A stretch of 34,684 bases of DNA, taken from an uncultured Clostridia bacterium (GTDB lineage: Bacteria > Bacillota > Clostridia > TANB77 > CAG-508). Within the stretch, counting starts at the first letter, position 1, and every line of letters begins with the position of its first letter. Where the stretch lies: NCBI GenBank assembly GCA_949746285.1, contig CATJZH010000135.1:1-34684 (forward strand), written 5' to 3'. The position numbers and the translations under genes are program-made. Shown here piece after piece: positions 8,354-16,425 of the stretch. Below the pieces are notes generated by a model, which was not told the DNA's origin, did not search any database, and saw only the letters and a list, made by a program, of their open reading frames with translations.

Positions 8354-8540
8354 CTATCTATAAATATATATCATTAAATTTAAAATCTCGGCAATACTTC
8401 GCTTTCGATAAATTACAGTATTTTCAAATTATAGCGCCCTCAATATAAAATTGAGATTCCCTATAATTTGAAAAATGTAATTTTAATCTCAAGCTCAAGT
8501 GCATTCGATTTTAAATTTAATGATATATATTTATAGATAG
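8354..8540. repeat. 187-bp imperfect palindrome with perfect 34-bp terminal inverted repeats; probably a long structured RNA or terminator read on the - strand
   Basis: 8354-8387 (ctatctataaatatatatcattaaatttaaaatc) is the exact reverse complement of 8507-8540. The inner arms are homologous but diverged, with a second stem near 8409-8433/8461-8486 and an apical stem ctcaa/ttgag. On the - strand the hairpin is followed by T7 (A-run 8347-8353 on +). Confidence 0.7.
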
Positions 8541-8564
8541 ATAAACTATATTAAAATAAATTTA

Positions 8565-9779
8565 TTAAAAAACAAAAAGATTACGTATAATCAAATTAAA
8601 ATAATATAAGGAGGTGTTTTTAATTAATTCATTATCAAGAGTAATATCAGCTGTGCAAAGTAAAGAGTTTCCATTATAAAGTTCCAAAGTACCGATTTTG
8701 CTACCTTGATTAGTAGAAGGGGACATAGAAGAAACAGTATAAATTTTGGTGTTTAACTCTAAAGCATCATTAATAGGAAGCGGAAATTTGTAATTTTCAA
8801 GTTGCTGCAATTTTAAAATAGGTGAGGTTCTAGTTTTTTTTAGTAAACAATTTTTTTCGAATAAAGGTAAATATTGATTAAATGAATCGTTTATAGTAGA
8901 TGAAACATCAATATAATTATAGGTATTTAAAATATAATTTATTAGTGAAGCACTATCTTTTGTTCTAATACTTTTTGTATTTGCACCTAAAACAACAACG
9001 ATTATGTCTAAAGAATCCCTTTTACAAGCAGAAACCAGACATCTACCAGCTTCAAAAGTAAAACCTGTTTTTACTCCATAGATGCCTTCTAGATTTCCTA
9101 ATAATTCATTAGTATTTGAAATAGTTCTATTTCCACCATTAAAAGAAATAGTATGAGTTTTTGTGGAAACTATATTTCTAAATTGTTCATTTTTTAATGC
9201 ATAATCTGTTAAAATAGCAAGTTCATATGCAGTTGTGTAATGATTTTCGTCATCAAGTCCATGAGGAGTAACAAAATTTGTATTATTTAAGCCTAATTCT
9301 TTTGCTTTTTGATTCATTAAAACAGAAAAGTTTTCAACAGTTCCTGATAAATGTTCGGCTAGGCTTATAGCACAGTCATTTCCTGATCTGAGCATAAGAC
9401 CATAAAGTAAATCTAAAACAGAAATTTTCATATCAGTAACTAATCCTAAAGTAGAACCATGAACAGAAGCAGCTTTTTTTGAAACAGTAACTATGTCATC
9501 TAAAGAACAATTTTCTAAAATAATAATGCAAGTCATAATTTTTGTAGTTGAAGCCATAGCTACTTTTTCATATGCATTTTTTTCATAAAGAACAGAAAGA
9601 GTTTTCCTGTCAAGTACAACAATATTTTTAGAGTTAGTTATAGGTTCGTTAGTAGAATTTGAAGATGCTTGAAAAGAAGCATAATCATCAATTCCTTCTA
9701 AATCTAAGCTTTCATCTGCAAAAGATGTGCTATTTAATATAAAAATAAAAATTAAAAATAAAGACAATATTTTTTTCAT
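8565..9779 (-). CDS. D-alanyl-D-alanine carboxypeptidase (S11 family, low-molecular-weight PBP)
   Basis: 404 aa. Signal peptide. SxxK (ASTTK), SxN (RSGND) and KTG (VKTGFT) motifs in the correct order, plus a C-terminal PBP5-like domain. RBS aggag. Confidence 0.9.
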   Translation of the reverse strand: MKKILSLFLIFIFILNSTSFADESLDLEGIDDYASFQASSNSTNEPITNSKNIVVLDRKTLSVLYEKNAYEKVAMASTTKIMTCIIILENCSLDDIVTVSKKAASVHGSTLGLVTDMKISVLDLLYGLMLRSGNDCAISLAEHLSGTVENFSVLMNQKAKELGLNNTNFVTPHGLDDENHYTTAYELAILTDYALKNEQFRNIVSTKTHTISFNGGNRTISNTNELLGNLEGIYGVKTGFTFEAGRCLVSACKRDSLDIIVVVLGANTKSIRTKDSASLINYILNTYNYIDVSSTINDSFNQYLPLFEKNCLLKKTRTSPILKLQQLENYKFPLPINDALELNTKIYTVSSMSPSTNQGSKIGTLELYNGNSLLCTADITLDNELIKNTSLYYFNLIIRNLFVF

Positions 9780-9886
9780 AATAATTTTCTCCTAAATAAA
9801 TTTATGAACAAAAATGACTATATATTCAAAATAAAAAATAAAAAAATAGAAAATAAAGGAAAAGCCCTAAAAATTCACATAAATAC

Positions 9887-9915
9887 TTGATTTTATGATT
9901 AAAATGTAATATAAT
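9887..9915 (+). promoter_or_regulatory. Candidate promoter P1 upstream of the thioester adhesin gene
   Basis: TTGATT (9887-9892), 17-bp spacer, TATAAT (9910-9915). Confidence 0.45.
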
Positions 9916-9977
9916 TGATATGTACCGTAAAATCGGGAGTACTCTAAGGAAATACAAGCATTTGTCAATAACTAATA

Positions 9978-10005
9978 TTGACATGATATTTTTTAGAGTT
10001 AAAAT
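9978..10005 (+). promoter_or_regulatory. Candidate promoter P2 upstream of the thioester adhesin gene
   Basis: TTGACA (9978-9983), 16-bp spacer, TAAAAT (10000-10005). Same architecture as the nrdD promoter. Confidence 0.5.
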
Positions 10006-10057
10006 ATATTATATGATAATATAACTATGTAAAATTATATATAAGGAAGGTAGAATT

Positions 10058-13000
10058 ATGTTAAAGAAAAGAATAGTAAAAATAGCTATTGTATTAGCAT
10101 GTGTATTAACATTATTAACACCATATACAACTGTATTTGCTATGTTAACTCAAGCAGATACTACAGCTAATTTACAATCTGTTATTATGCACGAAGGAGG
10201 AGAAGAAGCTAGTGGAACATTAACGGATGAACAAAAACAGCTTTATGATGAAAATCCACATGGTTATGAAGTTGGAGATACTCTAATTTGTAAAATAATA
10301 GAAGAAGGCGACATGAATTATGAAAATGCATTCTATTGTTTAAATGCTATGAAATCATTCCCAGGAGCAACTTCAACAGGATTTACAAGTTTAGAGTACA
10401 AAAATGTAGCAGATTTTAAAGATTCAACAAATTCAGAAGTAAAATCTTTACATTTAAGTACAGCATATTCAGAAGATAGTGCACTTTGGACAGCTAATTA
10501 TAAAGCTTTAAATTGGATATTTGAAAATTCTTATTTAAGAAAACAAACACCTGAGCAAAAAGATGATTATTTAGCAAAAGCTTTTGCAGATTATGAATAT
10601 GAGTTAGATGCAGTAAAAGCATATCTAACAGATGACGATATAGATGTTGTTCAACAATATGCTATTTGGTATTTTACAAATAGAGATACAGAAAAATATA
10701 ATGTAACAACATTACCAGCAGTTACACTAAGTGGATTTAGTGAAGATGGATCAACATACAAAGGCTCATACCGTGATGTAACAGGAAGTAATTTACGTCA
10801 AGAAATGGCTAATCATTTATATCAATATTTAATAAATGAAGCAGCAAAAGGAACAGAAACTGTTCAAAATACATATCCATCATTAGGAAGAAATGATGCA
10901 GCTTTAACAGAAAATGAAAATTACTATATAGTAGGACCATTTAATATAAAAGCAGGAACAGCACCATCAACAGAGTATAGTATAAAATTATTAGATGCTG
11001 CAAATAAAGAAATAGCTAGAAAAGATTATGAAATATTGTTAGAAGGTGAATCAAATTTCACAAATAAAAATGTAAATGAAATATTTGATACAAATTATTA
11101 CATATATCTACCAAAAACAAATGAAGTAATAACAACTATTAATTTAGAATTAAATTATTCAACATTTGAAACACAAGGTTCAGTATGGAAAAATAAAATA
11201 ACAAATGATGAAGGCGTAGAAGTATATCAACCGCTTATATTATTAACAAGAGGAGAAACACCACATAAAGTAAATGTACCAGTTGAAATAAAAAGAACAT
11301 CACCAGACTTAGCTTTAAGAAAATATATAGCAGCAGTAACAAAAGCAAATGGTACTACTCAAAAATTTGATAGAGCACCAAAAGTAGATATTTCAAAATT
11401 AAAAGATGGAACAAGTGAAACAGCAGAATATAAACATGCAAAAGATCCTGTATCAGTATCAGTAGGAGATAAAATTATATATGAAATAAGAGTATATAAT
11501 GAAGGTGATGTTGATGCAAAGGAAACAGTAGTAATAGACGCTTTACCAAAAGGATTAGAATATGTAGAAGATAGTGAAATAAATGCAACATATGGATGGA
11601 AAAAAGTTTCAGAAGGTTCAAATGCTACAGTATATTCAACAGATTATTTAAAAGATACAACAATAGGAGCATTTGACAAAGAAAATAGTACATCTTTAGA
11701 AAGTGCATATGTTCAAATAGAATGTAAAATAGCTGATAATGCAAAACCATCAGCAGTATTAACAAATGTAGCTGAAATAGGAGAAGATGGAATTGCAGAT
11801 AGAGATTCTACTCCAAGCAATAATGATTATACACAAAAAGATAATGATTCATCAAACTACACAGGAGATAAAGATAATAAATCAGATTTAACAGATAGTG
11901 ATTATTTCTATAAAGGTAGAGAAGATGATGATGATTTTGAAAAAGTAAAAGTAGAAGGAAAAGCTTTTGACTTAAGCTTACAAAAATTTATAACAAAGAT
12001 AAATGGAAATGCACCATCTAAAAGTAGAGAGCCTGTTGTAGATGTTTCAAAATTAAAAGATGGAACAAGTACAGATGCAACATACACTACTACAAAATCA
12101 GCACTTTCTGTAGAACAAGGAGACGTAGTAATATATACAGTAAGAGTGTATAATGAAGGAGACTTATCAGGATATGCTGAAGAAGTAGCAGATTATATAC
12201 CAGAGGGATTAGGATTTTTAGTAAATCATACAACAAATGTAGATAATTACTGGTCAATTCCAGAAAATGCAAAAACAGTAAAATTAAGCACAATATCAAA
12301 TGGAACAAAGAATTTAGAAACAGATGACTTTACTGATGTAAAGAATTTATCAGATGTAGATGTTGTATTAGGAAGTGCAAAATTAACATCAACAAAATTA
12401 AAATCTTCACCAACAGATACAAAAAATCTAATAAAAGCATTTGATAAAGAAAAATCAGAAACATTAGATTATAAAGATATACAAGTAGCTTGTATAGTAC
12501 TTACAAATGTATCAACAGGAACAAATTTAAGAAATATAGCAGAAATAACAAAAGACTCAGATGAAAACAGAGAAGAAGTAACAGATAGAGATTCAACACC
12601 AGATACAGTTGATCCAAATAGATATCCAGGGGATGATGAAAATCAAGATGATCATGACTATGAAAATTTAACACCACAAGAATTTGATTTAAGTCTTCAA
12701 AAATTCATAACTGGAGTAAATGACAAAAAAGTTGATGGAAGAGAACCCAAAGTATCTGTAAATTCAGAAGGAAAAGTACAGTTTTCTTCAACAGCATCAC
12801 CATTACAAGTAGAAAATAACGATATAATTACTTATACAATAAGAGTATATAATGAAGGAAATATAGCAGGATATGCTAAAGAAGTAGCAGATGATTTACC
12901 AGAAGGAATAGAATTTTTACCAGATAACGATACAAACAAAAAATATGGTTGGAAGTTATATGATAAAGACGGAAATGAAACATCTGATGTAAGTCAAGCA

Positions 13001-13897
13001 GTATCTGTAAAAACAGATTATTTATCTAAAGAAAAATCTGAAGAAAGAAAAGATGATTGTTTATTAAAAGGGTTTGATTCCAAAACATCAAAAACACCAG
13101 ACTTTAGAGATGTTCAAATAGCATTTAAAGTTGTAGAAAATAAAGTAAAAGGAAAAGACAGAATAGTTAAAAACATAGCAGAAATAACAGATGATGAGGA
13201 TGAAAATGGAAACCCAATAGATGATATAGATTCAACACCAGGAAATAATAAACCAGGTGAAGATGATATAGATGATGAACAAATATATGTAAAATATTTT
13301 GATTTAGCATTAAAAAAGGATTTAATAAAAATAATTATAAATGAAAATGGAACAACAAGGGAAATATCACTTGGAGAAAATGATCCATTACAAAAAGTAG
13401 ATATACACAGAAAGAAACTAAAGTCAACAACAGTTAAATTTGTTTATAATATAACAGTTACAAACGAAGGTGAAATAGCAGGAAGTGCTACAGAAATTAC
13501 AGACTATATACCAGAAGGACTAGAATTTATAGCAGAAGAAAATAGTAGTTGGACACAAGTTTCTACAAATGTAATTACAACAAATGCCTTATCAAATACT
13601 CGTTTAGAACCAGGTCAATCAGCGTCTGTTCAAGTGGTATTAAAATGGATAAATTCTGAAAATAATTTAGGACTTAAAGTTAATACTGCAGAAATAAGTA
13701 AAGATCAAAATGATAGCAATACACCAGATATAGACTCAACACCAAACAATAAAGTCCCTGGAGAAGATGATATAGATACAGCAGAGGTATTTTTAGGAAT
13801 TTCAACAGGTAGAGCACCAACATATATAGCACTTACAACAACAGTACTTGCAATAATGACAACAGGAGTAATATTAATTAAGAAATATGTTTTATAA
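10058..13897 (+). CDS. Surface adhesin: signal peptide, thioester (TED/TQXA-like) domain, four DUF11-like repeats, C-terminal hydrophobic anchor
   Basis: 1279 aa. Signal peptide ends around TTVFA. FYCLNAMKSFPG (Cys94) and VVQQYAIWYFT (Gln200) match the Cys and Gln motifs of thioester domains. Four repeats begin DL(A/S)L(R/Q/K)K, each with a (Y/V)NEG core, LP(K/E)GL(E/G)(Y/F), and D(R/I)DSTP...EDD tails. The C-terminus is a TM helix plus KKYVL. Confidence 0.75.
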   Translation: MLKKRIVKIAIVLACVLTLLTPYTTVFAMLTQADTTANLQSVIMHEGGEEASGTLTDEQKQLYDENPHGYEVGDTLICKIIEEGDMNYENAFYCLNAMKSFPGATSTGFTSLEYKNVADFKDSTNSEVKSLHLSTAYSEDSALWTANYKALNWIFENSYLRKQTPEQKDDYLAKAFADYEYELDAVKAYLTDDDIDVVQQYAIWYFTNRDTEKYNVTTLPAVTLSGFSEDGSTYKGSYRDVTGSNLRQEMANHLYQYLINEAAKGTETVQNTYPSLGRNDAALTENENYYIVGPFNIKAGTAPSTEYSIKLLDAANKEIARKDYEILLEGESNFTNKNVNEIFDTNYYIYLPKTNEVITTINLELNYSTFETQGSVWKNKITNDEGVEVYQPLILLTRGETPHKVNVPVEIKRTSPDLALRKYIAAVTKANGTTQKFDRAPKVDISKLKDGTSETAEYKHAKDPVSVSVGDKIIYEIRVYNEGDVDAKETVVIDALPKGLEYVEDSEINATYGWKKVSEGSNATVYSTDYLKDTTIGAFDKENSTSLESAYVQIECKIADNAKPSAVLTNVAEIGEDGIADRDSTPSNNDYTQKDNDSSNYTGDKDNKSDLTDSDYFYKGREDDDDFEKVKVEGKAFDLSLQKFITKINGNAPSKSREPVVDVSKLKDGTSTDATYTTTKSALSVEQGDVVIYTVRVYNEGDLSGYAEEVADYIPEGLGFLVNHTTNVDNYWSIPENAKTVKLSTISNGTKNLETDDFTDVKNLSDVDVVLGSAKLTSTKLKSSPTDTKNLIKAFDKEKSETLDYKDIQVACIVLTNVSTGTNLRNIAEITKDSDENREEVTDRDSTPDTVDPNRYPGDDENQDDHDYENLTPQEFDLSLQKFITGVNDKKVDGREPKVSVNSEGKVQFSSTASPLQVENNDIITYTIRVYNEGNIAGYAKEVADDLPEGIEFLPDNDTNKKYGWKLYDKDGNETSDVSQAVSVKTDYLSKEKSEERKDDCLLKGFDSKTSKTPDFRDVQIAFKVVENKVKGKDRIVKNIAEITDDEDENGNPIDDIDSTPGNNKPGEDDIDDEQIYVKYFDLALKKDLIKIIINENGTTREISLGENDPLQKVDIHRKKLKSTTVKFVYNITVTNEGEIAGSATEITDYIPEGLEFIAEENSSWTQVSTNVITTNALSNTRLEPGQSASVQVVLKWINSENNLGLKVNTAEISKDQNDSNTPDIDSTPNNKVPGEDDIDTAEVFLGISTGRAPTYIALTTTVLAIMTTGVILIKKYVL
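11306..13798 (+). repeat. Four tandem protein-level repeats (~200-225 aa, DUF11/conserved-repeat-domain-like) within the adhesin gene
   Basis: The repeat starts DLALRKY, FDLSLQKF, FDLSLQKF and FDLALKK each recur with the motif order given for the adhesin CDS. The DNA copies are diverged. Confidence 0.7.
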
Positions 13898-13916
13898 TAA
13901 ATAAAATATAAAAATT

Positions 13917-13950
13917 GAAGCAGACCCAATAAAAGGTTTGCTTCTTTTTT
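13917..13950 (+). terminator. Rho-independent terminator after the adhesin gene
   Basis: gaagcagacc (13917-13926) pairs with ggtttgcttc (13935-13944), one G-U pair, then T6 (13945-13950). Confidence 0.8.
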
Positions 13951-14055
13951 GTATAATAGAATATCAAAAACAATATAAAAGAATTTGCTATATATCCTTT
14001 GAAAAGCTAGGGCTTCAAGATTTACAAAAAATGTATAAAAAGGTAATTTTATATG

Positions 14056-14084
14056 TTTACAATAAAAATTCTATATGATATAAT
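14056..14084 (+). promoter_or_regulatory. Promoter for the 404-aa Ig-repeat gene
   Basis: TTTACA (14056-14061), 17-bp spacer, TATAAT (14079-14084), with an extended -10 TG at 14076-14077. Confidence 0.55.
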
Positions 14085-14119
14085 TTAGCTTGAAGTAAGT
14101 TAAATGAGGTGTAAAACAT

Positions 14120-15334
14120 ATGAACCAAATATTAGATTATAATCCAAATAAGAGCTCTGGTGGGGGAACATCTGGTTCAGATAAAATTGTAAGAGTTTTT
14201 GCTGTAATATTAGCTATATTTGCTATATGCTTATTAGCAGGTGGAGCATACGGAATATACAAAAACAATAGTAAATCAAATCTTCCAGCACAAGCAGCAA
14301 CAAAAGCTCAAATAAATATAGAACAAAAAGAAACAACAGCAGTAATAAAAGTAAAACATGATAAAGTAATAGAAAAGTTAATATATAATTGGGATTCAGA
14401 AAAAGAAAATACAATAAAAGGTAGTGGAGAATCTGCAATGGAATCAGAAATTTCATTATTCGCAGGTGAACACACTTTAAATGTAAAAGTAATAGACATA
14501 GAAGGAAATGAAACAATATATGATCAAGTAATAACATCAGAAGCAGGAGAAGACAAATTATATCCAGTAATTTCATTAAATGTCAATAATGAAACAAAAA
14601 GATTAGTAATAACAGCAACAGATGAAACAGCTATTGATTATGTAACATATAGATGGAATGATGAAGAAGAAGAAAAAGTTGAAGTAGAAGACGATGAAAA
14701 GAAAATAGAATTTGATATTGAAATTTTAAAAGGAAAAAATGACTTAACAGTTATAGCAGTTGATAAAAATAAAAATACAACAACAGAATTAAAGAGTTTT
14801 TCTGGAGTGACAAAACCAGATGTAAAAGTAACAATAGCAGCAGATAAGAAATCAGCAGATGTATATTGTTTCCATGAAAACGGAATAAAAGAAGTAAAAT
14901 TCAAAATAAATGACCAAGATTATAATGGAGATATAGGAGAAGAACAACAAAAAGAAATTAGATTTAATGGTATAGCATTACCAGAAGGAAATAGTACTAT
15001 AACTGTAACTGTATCTAGTGTTGATGAGACTGAAACAGTTGTAACAGAAAATGTTGAAGCAACACCAACAAATGAAGATGAAATAAATATATCTATAGAA
15101 AAATCAGAAGCAACTGAAGGAAATGCAACTATAAAAACAAGTTCGCCAGCAGGAATTAAAGAAATAAAATTAAATGTAAATGATGTAGATTATAATGTAG
15201 ATCTTCAAGGACAGATAGCACTAGAAGTAGGACCATTTGATATAGAATTAGTAGAAGGAAGTAATAAAATTACATTAACAGTTATATCAGCTAATGGAAC
15301 AGAGAAACAAGAAGTAAAAGAAATTACTCGTTAA
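14120..15334 (+). CDS. Type II membrane protein with four Ig-like/beta-sandwich repeats; function unknown
   Basis: 404 aa. Short Gly/Ser-rich cytoplasmic N-terminus and one TM helix (VFAVILAIFAICLLAGGAYGI). Four ~75-85 aa repeats share a pattern of I(D/K)x(V/I)xYxxNDxxx...G(E/K)Nx(L/I)T(V/L)xxxDxxxN. RBS gaggtg. Confidence 0.6.
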   Translation: MNQILDYNPNKSSGGGTSGSDKIVRVFAVILAIFAICLLAGGAYGIYKNNSKSNLPAQAATKAQINIEQKETTAVIKVKHDKVIEKLIYNWDSEKENTIKGSGESAMESEISLFAGEHTLNVKVIDIEGNETIYDQVITSEAGEDKLYPVISLNVNNETKRLVITATDETAIDYVTYRWNDEEEEKVEVEDDEKKIEFDIEILKGKNDLTVIAVDKNKNTTTELKSFSGVTKPDVKVTIAADKKSADVYCFHENGIKEVKFKINDQDYNGDIGEEQQKEIRFNGIALPEGNSTITVTVSSVDETETVVTENVEATPTNEDEINISIEKSEATEGNATIKTSSPAGIKEIKLNVNDVDYNVDLQGQIALEVGPFDIELVEGSNKITLTVISANGTEKQEVKEITR

Positions 15335-15355
15335 AATTTAAATAAAACTAATTAA

Positions 15356-15391
15356 GGGCTTACATAATAGTTAGTAAGCCCACTATTTTTA
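15356..15391 (+). terminator. Rho-independent terminator
   Basis: gggcttac (15356-15363) pairs with gtaagccc (15374-15381). A T-run follows at 15386-15390. Confidence 0.65.
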
Positions 15392-15411
15392 TTATATTAT
15401 TAGAGGTATAT

Positions 15412-16341
15412 ATGATTAAAGAAATATATGTAATAGAAAACGAAATTGAATTAAAAGAAAGACTAGTCCGAAATTTTACAAGAGAACCAGATGAATATAA
15501 ATTTAAAACAATAATACCTTCTGAACTAGAATTAGCTCTTAGGAGTATACCAGATTTAATAATTATAGATGAAGATAATGTTGATGTTAATATAGTAGAA
15601 TTTTGTAAAAGTATTAGATCAAATGAAGATAATAGCATAACACCTATAATAGTAGTAGGCTCAAGTAACGATAAAAAGCATCAAATTGATGTATTAAAGG
15701 CCCATGTTGAATATTATATTGAAAGACCAATAAATGATGAATATTTTTATTATACAATTAAAAACATAATTGGTTTATTAACAAAAAATAGTGGAATTAG
15801 CCCCTTAACAGGGCTTCCAGGAAATGTTCAAATTCAAGCTGAAATGAAAAAAAGACTATTAAATAAAGAAACATTTGCTATACTATATTTCGATTTAGAT
15901 AATTTTAAAGCCTATAATGATGTATATGGATTTTCAAATGGAGATGAAATAATTAAATTTACATCTAGAACAATTACAAAACATATACATCAAATTCAAG
16001 GCAGTAACAATTTTATAGGACATGTTGGTGGAGATGATTTTGTTGCAATAATTGGAAGAACAGATTATGATAAAGTATGTCAAAATATAATAGCAGAATT
16101 TGATAAATTTGCAGTAGACTATTATAATGATATTGATGTTGAAAGAGGATATGTAGAAGTTGCAAATAGAAGAGGAATAATAGAACAATTTCCACTTACT
16201 ACAATATCAATAGCAGTATTAGAAGTAGATTCAAGAGTATATAAAACTACACTAGAAATAGGAGAAGTCGCAGGTCAAATAAAGCATCAAGCAAAATCAA
16301 TTTTAGGAAGTACATATGTAATAAATAGAAGAAAATTTTAA
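15412..16341 (+). CDS. Receiver-like domain fused to a GGDEF-family nucleotide cyclase with a GGDDF active-site variant
   Basis: 309 aa. The N-terminal CheY-like fold has the Asp in LIIIDED, but ENE replaces the acidic DD pair and ERP replaces the conserved KP. The C-terminal part has LTGLPGN, FDLDNFKAYND, YGFSNGD and HVGGDDFVAI. Confidence 0.85.
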   Translation: MIKEIYVIENEIELKERLVRNFTREPDEYKFKTIIPSELELALRSIPDLIIIDEDNVDVNIVEFCKSIRSNEDNSITPIIVVGSSNDKKHQIDVLKAHVEYYIERPINDEYFYYTIKNIIGLLTKNSGISPLTGLPGNVQIQAEMKKRLLNKETFAILYFDLDNFKAYNDVYGFSNGDEIIKFTSRTITKHIHQIQGSNNFIGHVGGDDFVAIIGRTDYDKVCQNIIAEFDKFAVDYYNDIDVERGYVEVANRRGIIEQFPLTTISIAVLEVDSRVYKTTLEIGEVAGQIKHQAKSILGSTYVINRRKF

Positions 16342-16346
16342 AATAT

Positions 16347-16376
16347 AACCCTTTAAAAAAGGGTTTATTTTTTTTA
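16347..16376 (+). terminator. Rho-independent terminator
   Basis: aacccttt pairs with aaagggtt (16347-16365), followed by tattttttttt. Confidence 0.7.
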
Positions 16377-16425
16377 TTTTTAAGTATATAATATGTTTTG
16401 AAAATAAATAAAGGAAGAGATTAAA

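Noticed and set aside
8340-8560. The 187-bp palindrome interpreted as a MITE with target-site duplication.
   Set aside because: The flanks (aaaaa on the left, ataaa on the right) are not a clean direct repeat. Only one copy is visible in 34.7 kb. This remains an open alternative but cannot be called a mobile element from this window.
9780-10057. c-di-GMP (GEMM-I/II) riboswitch in the adhesin leaders (also 18698-18969), and a c-di-AMP (ydaO-type) riboswitch before ktrB (16342-16425).
   Set aside because: None of the conserved GC-rich cores of these riboswitches is visible. The ktrB upstream region is only 84 nt and mostly taken up by a terminator.
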